The notes below the pieces were generated by a model that worked only from the letters and a program-made list of their open reading frames with translations, made no database searches and had not been told where the DNA came from. Shown here in pieces: positions 11,093 through 27,800 of a DNA stretch of 64,000 nucleotides. Source of the stretch: Phyllobates terribilis (Eukaryota); contig NW_027362767.1 of assembly GCF_046119375.1 (NCBI RefSeq), positions 137,206,001 through 137,270,000 on the forward strand. The letters run 5' to 3'. Position 1 is the stretch's first letter; each line of letters opens with the position of its first letter. Made by a program: the position numbers and the translations under genes.

Positions 11093-12023
11093 GGCAGGAA
11101 GACCCAACCTCATCCCTGGTGGACTTAACCCTTTGGAGACAGACTATAACACCTTCTTCTCCACCTTGCCCACTTAGGGAATGCAAATGACTGATCCTTG
11201 GTTGCATCACTGTCCTCAAAGTGATCGCCTCCATGCCCGGGACACCCCTTGGGACGTTAGCTGTTGCGGTCGGACTCTGAGGAATGCAGACTATTATGCA
11301 AACTTTTGGAAGAGTTTTCGCTGGCACGTGGCAGCACCACACACTGGAGCATGCTGAGCTGTGTGGTGTCAGCTGTCCCACAATGCACTGGGGCAGGACG
11401 GTTATAACCTAGCTCCTTAGGAGTGTTATTTGCACTATTTGGCAGAAAGGGGGCACACTATGGTAGCGTTCCACCAAGCTTTCTGTAGCCCTTCTAGAAG
11501 GTATGGGGAGAAATGTACAAACTGATCTAAAGCGTTCAGTAGTGAACCACCCTGAAATCAAACCAAAGTATTGGTGACCCTTTTACGGGCGATATAAAAA
11601 TTGCACAATGGACAGTTAAACCTTTGCATTGTTTACATAAAGATATTTATTTTTTTACACCGTCTCTGTAAATTTGTAATTTTTTTTTTGTTTTCTGAAA
11701 ATAAAATATTTATTGTTGAAAAATGATGTTATATTTAAAAAACAAAACATAAAATCAACAGGTCAGGTGAGTGAATAAGGTACATGCTGCTTTCCTGTTA
11801 GCTCTCAGGCTGCGCACTTCACATAACTGTATGGCAGTGTCACCAACCTGTGCTTGCATCTCTATATATAGGTGCGTGCGAGTGTGTATATACTATATTG
11901 TAGTTATAAGTGAAGCATAAAGAACATAAGCAATCATCTGCACACAATATAGTCCCAGTCATCCATCATCAGTCCTGGGGGGTGAAGGCCGCATTTTCAA
12001 GATCTCTAAGAGTCCGTAACAAC

Positions 12024-12026
<3 letters not shown>

Positions 12027-12076
<50 letters not shown>

Positions 12077-13677
12077 TAATATTAGAGATGAGGGAGGACA
12101 CAGAAAATACATGAGGAGGGGGACACAATAGTCAGTAGGAGGGAGGACCTGGAGGAGGAGGAGGAGGATGAGGAGGATGATGACAGAGAAGTCTGGAAGG
12201 GGGGGGGGGGGGGCGCACAGAGGAGTATGGAGGAGAACAGAGGCGTCTGGACGAGTGGGTGACTGAGAAGTCTGGAGGAGGAGGCCACAAAGGAGTCTGG
12301 AATAATGGGACAACTATAAGTCCAGAGGAGGAGGACACAAAGTTTGAAAGAGAGGGATAGCAAAGTCTGGAGGAGGGAAAACACAAAGAATTCTGGAAAA
12401 GGGAGGGCAGAAGGGTCTCTCAAAAGTTTTTATGGGGGGCAGTGGGGCTGGAGGAGGGGGAAGGGACAGAGGATCTACCAGTGGTTTGCTTCCTTATCCA
12501 CAATCTCAAAACATACTTGCATAGAGGAGGCCACAAAGGAGTCTGGAGGAGGGGCACACAGAAGAGTCCGGAAGAGAATGGGGACAGAAAAGTCTGGTAA
12601 TGGTACGACAAAGGCGTCTGGAGGAAGAGGAGAACAGCAAAGTTTGGTGGATTATGGGGACAGAGAAGGGAAGAGGCAAAGAAGTTTGGAGGAGGGGGTT
12701 AAGAAGAAGTCTGGAGGAGGGAGGACAGAAGGGTCTGGAGGAGAAAAACAATAGTCTGGACGAGGGGGTGACTGAGAAGTTTGGAGGAGGGAGGAAACGA
12801 AGTCTAGAGGAAGGAGGACACAAAGAAGTTTGAATGAGGGAGGACCGAAAGGTCTGGAGAAGGGAGTGGCTGAGAAGTTTAGAGGAGGGAAGACACAAAG
12901 AAGTCTAGAAGAGGGAGGACAGAAGGGTCTGGAAGAGGGGTTGACTTAGACTTTTGTAGAATGGAGCACACAAAATTCTGGAAGAGGGTAGACACGAAGT
13001 GTGGAGGAGGAGGACAATAGTCTGGAGGAGGGGGTGACTGAGAAGTTTGGAGAAGGGAGGATACAAAGAAGCCTGGAGGAGGGCGAACACAGAAGTTTGG
13101 ACGAGGGAGGACTGAAAAGACTGGAGAAGAGGGTGACAGACGTTTAGGTGAGGGAGGACATGAAGAAGTATAGAGGAGGGAGGATAGAATGGTTTGGAGG
13201 AAGGGGTGACTGAGTAGTTTGTAGAATGGAGGACACAGTCTGGAGGAGGGAGGACAGAAGGGTCAGGAGAAGAGGGTGACAGAAGTTTGTAGGAGGGAGG
13301 ACACAGAAGTCTAGAGGAAAGAAGACACAAAGAAGTATGAACGAGAGAGGACAGAAGGGTCTGGAGGAAGGGGTGACTGAGAAGTTTGTAGAATGCAGGA
13401 TACAAAGTTTTGAGGAGGGAGGACACAAAGAAATCTCAACGAGGGGGGACAAAAAGTTCTGAAGGAGGCAGGACACAAAAAAGTCTGGATGAGGGAGGAC
13501 AGAAGGGTCTGGAGGAGGGGGTGAATGAGAAGTCTGGAGGAGCGAGGATACAAAGAAGTCTGGAGGAAAGGATGACTGAAAAGTTTGGAGAGGGGCAGTG
13601 GCGTCAGAAAGACAGGGTCTATCTGTGGTTTACTCCCCTATCCACAATCACAAAACATACTTACACAGCTGAGTTGA

Positions 13678-13722
<45 letters not shown>
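12027..13722. repeat. Purine-rich degenerate repeat block bracketed by (TA)n microsatellites
   Basis: (TA)n at ~12027-12072 and ~13685-13722; recurring gtctggaggagggggtgactgagaagt and ggaggacacaaagaa motifs between them. Confidence 0.85.
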
Positions 13723-13725
<3 letters not shown>

Positions 13726-15662
13726 GGTAGTGGTCAGGAGAACGGCTGACAGCAGACAATTGTCTACTAAAGTTGTGATCTGTAAAGTGGAAATTTTCAT
13801 CCAAAAATACAAGAACATGGCAAAATCTCAGTATTCGGCTGATCATTTGCCACTGTGCAGAGTTCCACCTGCCTACCTGAGCTGGCCAATTAAAGTGTTC
13901 TGTGTGTGCCCAGCTTATATCATTGCTACTCTCTACCCTCAGTGTCGAGTCCCATTCGCTCCTGCCCCTATCTCTTCCATCCACTTTGCCTTTCCACCCT
14001 CAAATCCCCCCCACAAATATTACTATGTTATTAGTCGGGTTAGGATGGGGTCAGTAAACACAAGGATTGTCTTGTTAGGGCTCTTAGTGCTACGGAAAAG
14101 CTGTATATAAGGACTTCACCATATACATTGCGTATCAGGACTGAAGATTGTTAGATAAAGGGGAGCTCAACTTTTAAGTATCTTCTGACATATTTCTAAC
14201 ATAAATCTACAACAGAGGATCTAATGCAGATGTGGACGGAGCCTAATACCGGTAGTCACCAGCACTTCCAGACACAATGCACCTAGTCCTCCTGGATCGG
14301 GGAGGGGGACAAGGAGCTGTACAGACTCTGGCATCTCCGGTCCGGTTCGCTTACATCACAGAAGCCATGATTGTCATCGCTGAAGAATTGCAAGCCAGAC
14401 ACACCAATTGGGGAGTGTATTGAGTGTCTCCTGTTTGGAGCGTCTACCAAGGAGGACTCCACCTGGTCCTTCTGCTTTGGATCTTCCTTGGAGATGTTCA
14501 GAGCCTCCGGGGTGGTATCGGAGGATCTCTTCAGCTGCAAGAAAACATGGTGGTTATTGGACATTCATAAGATAGGTGACCACCAATAAGGCTGACTCTA
14601 CAGTTCTACAGCTTTCACTTCCTATCACAAGAAAAAGCTTTCCTGTTAACCCTCATGGGGATAATAATCAGGTCTCCTTATAACACTTCCCTCTGTGAGA
14701 ACATTAATAGTACACATCAGCTGGTACCAGATATCATATTTGTCAACTATCCCGGAGTATCAACGCAAACCCTGGAAAAAAAGGGAAGATCTCCTGAAGG
14801 AGTTAGCGAAACTCTCAGGCACTGCTGAAGCTTCTCGAAACCTTCTGGAAAGCAAAACTCAGGACCGGGGATGGTGCAGGGATAAAAGGAAAACATTGCT
14901 GGAATCAGGAGAAGAGCGGTATTTACACCAGGAAAGAAAAAAAATTACACATTTATGACAAGCGCACGGTCACCTTCAAGAAGCCAGGCAAGAGTTATAA
15001 AAAAAAAATAAGAAAAAAATAAATAGAAGAAATCTTTCCGTTCTTTTCTGGGCCATGCTAAGTGGACGTGCCCTTTAACATCAATGGTCGATTTTCTACT
15101 GTACTAGAAGCAGGAGTTGAGGCAATCTCCGCGGCAAGGAGCGGTAATGGGAGATCTCGGAGACAATGGCTGTCACCACTTCAGTGTCTCTTAAGACAAA
15201 TACATCTGGAGTGAAGTGTCCCGCGGCATCCTGGGAGAACATTACAGTGACATTACAAAGCTCTTGACCTGTGTCAGATATCACTCACTGTCCTGACAGG
15301 ACTCCGGCAGCCACAATTATACGCCACTTCTTGGAAAAGACAAAGAAATGTACAGTACAGGACACGGCTCACTGCGAAACGTGGAGCGAAGGCGACATGA
15401 AAATAAGGCGCTCCACCTGCCGCCTCTCCATAACATATCTATTCTTTCCTGTTATCAGCCAGGATGGCACGTGGGCAGTCATGTGGCCTTAACATGAGAA
15501 AAAATTACAAAACGCAGACAAGTCTGACAGAAATAAAGGATGAAAACGTTTGTGACCGGGTGACCAGAAAGGTCGGTGCCAATGTTCCCAAAATGGCCGA
15601 CTGTGGTAGCAACAGAGCACAAAGCGTTAAACAGTGTACAACGAGCCCGTGGAGGATACATA

Positions 15663-17275
<1,613 letters not shown>

Positions 17276-17846
17276 TGTGCAGACATGGTGTTATGTGATC
17301 GGTGGCATCGGACAGACTGTGGGGATACACTACAGGCCGCTCACTCTGCACCGCACATTATCCTGTATGTGGGTCAGGATGAGGAGCTTGACAATGGAAG
17401 GAGGCAGGAATCCAGCAGCACATGGCCGACACGCAGCGAGACCGCACAGCGCCAGCCGGCCACGTTTATGGCCCCCAAACAGGCGACTGAGGGAGAAATT
17501 GTACACAGGACTGGGCTCTTCATGAGAAGGAGAAATCTGAGGAGAATAAGCAGACATTACTGGGAAAGCTGGGTGACCACAAACATGGCCGACACACAGC
17601 CATTCAGGACTCTGGAAGAGACGAGAGGAAGATGTAATGGACGACAAAATAACGAGATAATTACCAATGTGACAGAGAGGATCCCTGGTGTCCAGTCACA
17701 AGAGCCGGAATCATCCATTTATCTACACTCCCTGCAAGGAGCCCCAGAATGCCCCGTAATCATTAACCACTCGACGACAGGTTTATTATAAACTACATTA
17801 TATCTGCTCCACAGAGGAAAGAGCGTCCGCAGACACAGAGTCCAGA

Positions 17847-20800
17847 TCACTGAGAATGCCGCCTATCCATCACTAGAGATCAGCGGTGACATCACTGAGA
17901 ATGCCGCCTATCCATCACCAGAGATCAGCGGTGACATCACTGAGAATGCCGCCTATCCATCACTAGAGATCAGCGGTGACATCACTGAGAATGCCGCCTA
18001 TCCATCACTAGAGATCAGCGGTGACATCACTGAGAATGCCGCCTATCCATCACTAGAGATCAGCGGTGACATCACTGAGAATGCCGCCTATCCATCACTA
18101 GAGATCAGCAGTGACATCACTGAGAATGCCACCTATCCATCACCAGAGATCAGCGGTGACATCACTGAGAATGCCGCCTATCCATCACTAGAGATCAGCG
18201 GTGACATCACTGAGAATGCCTCCTATCCATCACTAGAGATCAGCGGTGACATCACTGAGAATGCCGCCTATCCATCACTAGAGATCAGCGGTGACATCAC
18301 TGAGAATGCCGCCTATCCATCACTAGAGATCAGCGGTGACATCACTGAGAATGCCGCCTATCCATCACTAGAGATCAGCAGTGACATCACTGAGAATGCC
18401 ACCTATCCATCACCAGAGATCAGCGGTGACATCACTGAGAATGCCGCCTATCCATCACCAGAGATCAGCAGTGACATCACTGAGAATGCCGCCTATCCAT
18501 CACTAGAGATCAGCGGTGACATCACTGAGAATGCCGCCTATCCATCACTAGAGATCAGCGGTGACATCACTGAGAATGCCGCCTATCCATCACCAGAGAT
18601 CAGCGGTGACATCACTGAGAATGCCGCCTATCCATCACTAGAGATCAGCGGTGACATCACTGAGAATGCCGCCTATCCATCACTAGAGATCAGCGGTGAC
18701 ATCACTGAGAATGCCGCCTATCCATCACTAGAGATCAGCGGTGACATCACTGAGAATGCCGCCTATCCATCACTAGAGATCAGCGGTGACATCACTGAGA
18801 ATGCCGCCTATCCATCACTAGAGATCAGCAGTGACATCACTGAGAATGCCTCCTATCCATCACTAGAGATCAGCGGTGACATCACTGAGAATGCCGCCTA
18901 TCCATCACTAGAGATCAGCAGTGACATCACTGAGAATGCCGCCTATCCATCACCAGAGATCAGCGGTGACATCACTGAGAATGCCGCCTATCCATCACTA
19001 GAAATCAGCGGTGACATCACTGAGAATGCCGCCTATCCATCACTAGAGATCAGCGGTGACATCACTGAGAATGCCGCCTATCCATCACTAGAGATCAGCG
19101 GTGACATCACTGAGAATGCCGCCTATCCATCACTAGAGATCAGCGGTGACATCACTGAGAATGCCGCCTATCCATCACCAGAGATCAGCGGTGACATCAC
19201 TGAGAATGCCGCCTATCCATCACCAGAGATCAGCGGTGACATCACTGAGAATGCCGCCTATCCATCACTAGAAATCAGCGGTGACATCACTGAGAATGCC
19301 GTCTATCCATCACTAGAGATCAGCGGTGACATCACTGAGAATGCCGCCTATCCATCACCAGAGATCAGCGCTGACATCACTGAGAATGCCGCCTATCCAT
19401 CACTAGAGATCAGCGGTGACATCACTGAGAATGCCGCCTATCCATCACTAGAGATCAGCGGTGACATCACTGAGAATGCCGCCTATCCATCACTAGAGAT
19501 CAGCGGTGACATCACTGAGAATGCCGCCTATCCATCACCAGAGATCAGCGGTGACATCACTGAGAATGCCGCCTATCCATCACCAGAGATCAGCGCTGAC
19601 ATCACTGAGAATGCCGCCTATCCATCACTAGAGATCAGCAGTGACATCACTGAGAATGCCTCCTATCCATCACTAGAGATCAGCGGTGACATCACTGAGA
19701 ATGCCGCCTATCCATCACTAGAGATCAGCAGTGACATCACTGAGAATGCCGCCTATCCATCACCAGAGATCAGCGGTGACATCACTGAGAATGCCGCCTA
19801 TCCATCACTAGAAATCAGCGGTGACATCACTGAGAATGCCGCCTATCCATCACTAGAGATCAGCGGTGACATCACTGAGAATGCCGCCTATCCATCACTA
19901 GAGATCAGCGGTGACATCACTGAGAATGCCGCCTATCCATCACTAGAGATCAGCGGTGACATCACTGAGAATGCCGCCTATCCATCACTAGAGATCAGCA
20001 GTGACATCACTGAGAATGCCACCTATCCATCACCAGAGATCAGCGGTGACATCACTGAGAATGCCGCCTATCCATCACCAGAGATCAGCAGTGACATCAC
20101 TGAGAATGCCGCCTATCCATCACTAGAGATCAGCGGTGACATCACTGAAAATGCCGCCTATCCATCACTAGAGATCAGCGGTGACATCACTGAGAATGCC
20201 GCCTATCCATCACTAGAGATCAGCGGTGACATCACTGAGAATGCCGCCTATCCATCACTAGAGATCAGCGGTGACATCACTGAGAATGCCGCCTATCCAT
20301 CACTAGAGATCAGCGGTGACATCACTGAGAATGCCGCCTATCCATCACTAGAGATCAGCGGTGACATCACTGAGAATGCCGCCTATCCATCACTAGAGAT
20401 CAGCGGTGACATCACTGAGAATGCCGCCTATCCATCACTAGAGATCAGCGGTGACATCACTGAGAATGCCGCCTATCCATCACTAGAGATCAGCGGTGAC
20501 ATCACTGAGAATGCCGCCTATCCATCACTAGAGATCAGCGGTGACATCACTGAGAATGCCTCCTATCCATCACTAGAGATCAGCGGTGACATCACTGAGA
20601 ATGCCGCCTATCCATCACTAGAGATCAGCAGTGACATCACTGAGAATGCCGCCTATCCATCACTAGAGATCAGCGGTGACATCACTGAGAATGCCGCCTA
20701 TCCATCACTAGAGATCAGCGGTGACATCACTGAGAATGCCGCCTATCCATCACTAGAGATCAGCGGTGACATCACTGAGAATGCCGCCTATCCATCACTA

Positions 20801-23163
20801 GAGATCAGCGGTGACATCACTGAGAATGCCGCCTATCCATCACCAGAGATCAGCGGTGACATCACTGAGAATGCCGCCTATCCATCACCAGAGATCAGCG
20901 GTGACATCACTGAGAATGCCGCCTATCCATCACTAGAGATCAGCGGTGACATCACTGAGAATGCCGCCTATCCATCACTAGAGATCAGCGGTGACATCAC
21001 TGAGAATGCCGCCTATCCATCACCAGAGATCAGCGGTGACATCACTGAGAATGCCGCCTATCCATCACTAGAGATCAGCGGTGACATCACTGAGAATGCC
21101 GCCTATCCATCACTAGAGATCAGCGGTGACATCACTGAGAATGCCGCCTATCCATCACTAGAGATCAGCGGTGACATCACTGAGAATGCCGCCTATCCAT
21201 CACTAGAGATCAGCGGTGACATCACTGAGAATGCCGCCTATCCATCACTAGAGATCAGCGGTGACATCACTGAGAATGCCGCCTATCCATCACTAGAGAT
21301 CAGCGGTAACATCACTGAGAATGCCGCCTATCCATCACTAGAGATCAGCGGTGACATCACTGAGAATGCCGCCTATCCATCACTAGAGATCAGCGGTGAC
21401 ATCACTGAGAATGCCGCCTATCCATCACTAGAGATCAGCGGTGACATCACTGAGAATGCCGCCTATCCATCACTAGAGATCAGCGGTAACATCACTGAGA
21501 ATGCCGCCTATCCATCACTAGAGATCAGCGGTGACATCACTGAGAATGCCGCCTATCCATCACTAGAGATCAGTGGTGACATCACTGAGAATGCCGCCTA
21601 TCCATCACTAGAGATCAGCGGTAACATCACTGAGAATGCCGCCTATCCATCACCAGAGATCAGCGGTGACATCACTGAGAATGCCACCTATCCATCACTA
21701 GAGATCAGCGGTGACATCACTGAGAATGCCGCCTATCCATCACCAGAGATCAGCGGTGACATCACTGAGAATGCCACCTATCCATCACTAGAGATCAGCG
21801 GTGACATCACTGAGAATGCCGCCTATCCATCACTAGAGATCAGCGGTGACATCACTGAGAATGCCGCCTATCCATCACTAGAGATCAGCGGTGACATCAC
21901 TGAGAATGCCGCCTATCCATCACTAGAGATCAGCGGTGACATCACTGAGAATGCCGCCTATCCATCACTAGAGATCAGCGGTGACATCACTGAGAATGCC
22001 GCCTATCCATCACTAGAGATCAGCGGTGACATCACTGAGAATGCCGCCTATCCATCACTAGAGATCAGCGGTAACATCACTGAGAATGCCGCCTATCCAT
22101 CACTAGAGATCAGCGGTGACATCACTGAGAATGCCGCCTATCCATCACTAGAGATCAGCGGTGACATCACTGAGAATGCCGCCTATCCATCACTAGAGAT
22201 CAGCGGTGACATCACTGAGAATGCCGCCTATCCATCACTAGAGATCAGCGGTGACATCACTGAGAATGCCGCCTATCCATCACTAGAGATCAGCGGTGAC
22301 ATCACTGAGAATGCCGCCTATCCATCACTAGAGATCAGTGGTGACATCACTGAGAATGCCGCCTATCCATCACTAGAGATCAGCGGTGACATCACTGAGA
22401 ATGCCGCCTATCCATCACTAGAGATCAGTGGTGACATCACTGAGAATGCCGCCTATCCATCACTAGAGATCAGCGGTAACATCACTGAGAATGCCGCCTA
22501 TCCATCACCAGAGATCAGCGGTGACATCACTGAGAATGCCGCCTATCCATCACTAGAGATCAGCGGTGACATCACTGAGAATGCCTCCTATCCATCACTA
22601 GAGATCAGCGGTGACATCACTGAGAATGCCACCTATCCATCACCAGAGATCAGCGGTGACATCACTGAGAATGCCGCCTATCCATCACCAGAGATCAGCG
22701 GTGACATCACTGAGAATGCCGCCTATCCATCACTAGAGATCAGCGGTGACATCACTGAGAATGCCTCCTATCCATCACTAGAGATCAGCGGTGACATCAC
22801 TGAGAATGCCGCCTATCCATCACTAGAGATCAGCAGTGACATCACTGAGAATGCCGCCTATCCATCACCAGAGATCAGCGGTGACATCACTGAGAATGCC
22901 GCCTATCCATCACTAGAGATCAGCAGTGACATCACTGAGAATGCCGCCTATCCATCACCAGAGATCAGCGGTGACATCACTGAGAATGCCGCCTATCCAT
23001 CACCAGAGATCAGCGGTGACATCACTGAGAATGCCGCCTATCCATCACTAGAGATCAGCGGTGACATCACTGAGAATGCCGCCTATCCATCACTAGAGAT
23101 CAGCGGTGACATCACTGAGAATGCCGCCTATCCATCACTAGAGATCAGCGCTGACATCACTGG
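17847..23163. repeat. 45-bp minisatellite (gagatcagcggtgacatcactgagaatgccgcctatccatcacta), ~118 copies
   Basis: Exact 45-bp periodicity with few variants. Confidence 0.99.
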
Positions 23164-23360
23164 AAATGTACCGCACCTCCCCCCTCCCTCCCGCCGCGAT
23201 CTTTGTAGTTTTCCGTATAATCTGTTGGTGAATATTTAACCTGGCAGGAATTTGCTGTGTGTATTATTGACTTGCCCTCCTGCCGCCTTCCTCCATGGGA
23301 GGTAATTTGGTCACAGAGGATAAGTTTGGGATTAGGGTGTGGAGAATTGTACATACAGTA

Positions 23361-24485
23361 CAGGTGCATCTCACTAAATTAGAATATCATCAAAAAGTTA
23401 ATTTATTTCAGTTCTTCAATACAATAAGTGAAACTCATATTATATAGAGTCAATACACACAGAGTGATCTATTTCACGTGTTTATTTCTGTTTATGAAAA
23501 CACAACAGTCATTATCTCAGTAAATTAGAATACTTTATAACAACAGATTGAAAAATGTTTTTAAAATCCGAAATGTTATCCTACTGAAATGTATGATCAG
23601 TAAATGCCCTCAATACTTGGTCGAGGCTCCTTTTGCATCAATTACTGCATCAATGCGGCAATGTGGCATGGAGGGATCAGCCTGTGGCCCTGCTGAGGGG
23701 TTATGGAAGCCCAGGTGGCTTTGATAGCCGCCTTCAGCTCGTCTGCATTGTTGGGTCTGGTGTCTCATCTTCCTCTTGACAATACCCCATAGATTCTCTA
23801 TAATAGATTCTCTATGGGGTTGAGGTCAGGCGAGTTTGCTGCCAATCAAGCACAGTGATACTGTTGCTTGTAAACCAGGTATTGGTACTTTTGGCAGTGT
23901 GGACAGGGGCCAAGTCCTGCTGGAGAATGAAACTTCCATCTCCATAAAGCTTGTCAGCAGAGGGAAGCATGAAGTGCTCTAAAATCTCCTGGTAGACGGC
24001 TGCGCTGACTTTGGTCTTGATAAAACACAGTGGACCTACACCAGCAGATGACATGGCCCCCCAAACCATCACTGATTGTGGAAACTTCACACTAGACCCC
24101 CAGCAGCTTGGATTGTGGCCTCTCCACTCTTCCTCCAGACTCTGGGACCTTGTGGAGTGTGTCAATGACTGCCTTCTGGACATCTGTCAAGTCAGCAGTC
24201 TTCCCCATGATTGTGGAGCCTACTGAAACAGACTAAGGGACCTTATTAAATGCTTAGGAAGCCTTTGTAGGTGTTTTATGTTAATTATTCTAATTTACTG
24301 AGATACTGACTTTTGTGTTTTCATTGGCTGTAAGCCATAATCATCAACATTAACAGAAATAAACCCTTGAAATCGATCACTCTGTGTGTATTGACTCTAT
24401 ATAATATAGGAGTTTCACTGTTTGTATTGAAGAACTGAAATAAATTAACTTTTTGATGATATTCTAATTTAGTGAGATGCACCTA
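23361..24485 (-). mobile_element. Internally deleted Tc1 element with long TIRs
   Basis: CAGGTGCATCTCACTAAATTAGAATATCATC... TIRs of more than 100 bp with TA flanks; transposase fragment SVKFPQSVMVWGAMSSAGVG...QQDLAPVH. Confidence 0.93.
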
Positions 24486-24843
24486 TATATTAGGGTGCAG
24501 GGAGCAGGTGATGAGGACAGACGTACTATAACTCAGGTGATGAGACTCCATAAATTAGTGCCCCCTGTACTTCTGCTGCCAGTCCTGTGAGATCTGCTGA
24601 GGCCTGTGCAGTGCGAGGCTCCTGACCAGCCTCGGTCGGCTCGCACCGGCCTCCATGTGGTGGTGGTGATCAGACCCGCCTCGGCCTTTAATGAGACTTC
24701 AGATTTCGCTGCTAATGACGAGGCCCGGAGTCACCAGATAATGGCTGGATGATGGCAGCACGTCTCACAATGTGTCAGGATCTCGTCCTCGAGCTTCACA
24801 GTCACAACTGGCAGAGACTTGGGAGACGTATTGAGAGACTCGT

Positions 24844-27800
24844 GATAAGGAAACTAGAGATCATCAGACTACTGGACCACCAGGGATCATACCAGAGATA
24901 ATAAGGAAAGTGGAGATCATCAGACTACTGGACCACCAGGAATCATACCAGAGATAATAAGGAAAGTGGAGATCATCAAACTACTGGAGCGCCATGGATC
25001 ATACCAGAGATAATAAGGAAAGTGGAGATCATCAGATTACTGGACCACCAGGGATCATACCAGAGATAATAAGGAAAGTGGAGATCATCAGACTATTGGG
25101 CCACCAGGGATCATACCAGAGATAATAAGGAAACTGGAGATCATCAGACTACTGGACCACCAGGGATCATACCAGAGATAATAAGGAAACTGGAGATCAT
25201 CAGATTACTGGACCACCAGGGATCATACCAGAGATAATAAGGAAAGTGGAGATCATCAGACTACTGGACCACCAGGAATCATACCAGAGATAATAAGGAA
25301 AGTGGAGATCATCAAACTACTGGAGCGCCATGGATCATACCAGAGATAATAAGGAAACTGGAGATCATCAGATTACTAGACCACCAGGGATCATACCAGA
25401 GATAATAAGGAAAGTGGAGATCATCAGACTATTGGGCCACCAGGGATCATACCAGAGATAATAAGGAAACTGGAGATCATCAGACTACTGGACCACCAGG
25501 GATCATACCAGAGATAATAAGGAAACTGGAGATCATCAGACTACTGGACCACCAGGGATCATACCAGAGATAATAAGGAAACTGGAGATCATCAGATTAC
25601 TGGACCACCAGGGATCATACCAGAGATAATAAGGAAAGTGGAGATCATCAGACTATTGGGCCACCAGGAATCATACCAGAGATAATAAGGAAAGTGGAGA
25701 TCATCAGACTACTGGACCACCAGGGATCATACCAGAGATAATAAGGAAAGTGGAGATCATCAGACTACTGGACCACCAAGGATCATACCAGAGATAATAA
25801 GGAAAGTGGAGATCATCAGATTACTGGACCACCAGGGATCATACCAGAGATAATAAGGAAAGTGGAGATCATCAAACTACTGGACCACCAGGGATCATAC
25901 CAGAGATAATAAGGAAACTGGAGATCATCAAAACTACTGGACCACCAGGGATCATACCAGAGATAACAAGGAAAGTGGAGATCATCAAACTACTGGACCA
26001 CCAGGGATCATACCAGAGATAATAAGGAAACCGGAGATCATCAAAACTACTGGACCACCAGGGATCATACCAGAGATAATAAGGAAAGTGTAGATCGTCA
26101 AACTACTGGACCACCAGAGATCATAGCAGAGATAATAAGGAAACTGGAGATCATCAGACTACTGGACCACCAGGGATTATACCAGAGATAATAAGGAAAC
26201 TGGAGATCATCAAACTACTGGACCACCAGGGATCATACCAGAGATAATGAGGAAACTGGAGATCATCAAACTACTGGACCACCAGAGATCATACTGTAGA
26301 TTATAAGGAAAGCGGAGATCATCAGATTACTGGACCACCAGGGATCATACCAGAAATAATAAAGAAACTGGAGATCATCAGACTACTGGACCACCAGAAA
26401 TCATACCAGAGATAATAAGGAAACTGGAGATCATCAGACTACTGGACCACCAGGGATCATACCAGAGATAATAAGGAAAGTGGAGATCATCAAACTACTG
26501 GACCACCAGGGATCATACCAGAGATAATAAGGAAACCGGAGATCATCAAAACTACTGGACCACCAGGGATCATACCAGAGATAATAAGGAAAGTGTAGAT
26601 CGTCAAACTACTGGACCACCAGAGATCATAGCAGAGATAATAAGGAAACTGGAGATCATCAGACTACTGGACCACCAGGAATCATACCAGAGATAATAAG
26701 GAAAGTGGAGATCATCAAACTACTGGACCGCCATGGATCATACCAGAGATAATAAGGAAAGTGGAGATCATCAGATTACTGGACCACCAGGGATCATACC
26801 AGAGATAATAAGGAAAGAGGAGATCATCAGATTACTGGACCACCAGGGATCATACCAGAGATAATAAGTAAAGTGGAGATCATCAGACTACTGGACCGCC
26901 ACAGATCATACCTGAGATAATAAGGAAAGTGGAGATCATCAGATTACTGGACCACCAGGTATCATACCAGAGATAATAAGGAAAGTGGAGATCATCAGAT
27001 TACTGGACCACCAGGGATCATACCAGAGATAATAAGGAAAGTGTAGATCATCAGACTACTGGACCACCAGGGATCATACCAGAGATAATAAGGAAAGTGT
27101 AGATCATCAGACTACTGGACCACCAGGGATCATACCAGAGATAATAAGGAAAGTGGAGATCATCAGACTACTGGACCACCAGGGATCATACCAGAGATAA
27201 TAAGGAAAGTGGAGATCATCAGATTACTGGACCACCAGGGATCATACCAGAGATAATAAGGAAAGTGGAGATCATCAGACTACTGGACCACCAGGGATCA
27301 TACCAGAGATAATAAGGAAAGTGGAGATCATAAGAATACTGGACCACCAGGGATCATACCAGAGATAATAAGGAAAGTGTAGATCGTCAAACTACTGGAC
27401 CACCAGAGATCATAGCAGAGATAATAAGGAAACTGGAGATCATCAGATTACTGGACCACCAGGGATCATACCAGAGATAATGAGGAAACTGGAGATCATC
27501 AAACTACTGGACCACCAGAGATCATACTGCAGATTATAAGGAAAGTGGAGATCATCAGATTACTGGACCACCAGGGATCATACCAGAGATAATAAGGAAA
27601 CTGGAGATCATCAGACTACTGGACCACCAGGGATCATACCAGAGATAATAAGGAAACTAGAGATCATCAGATTACTGGACCGCCAGGGATCATACCAGAG
27701 ATAATAAGGAAAGTGGAGATCATCAGACTACTGGACCACCAGGAATCATACCAGAGATAATAAGGAAAGTGGAGATCATCAAACTACTGGAGCGCCATGG

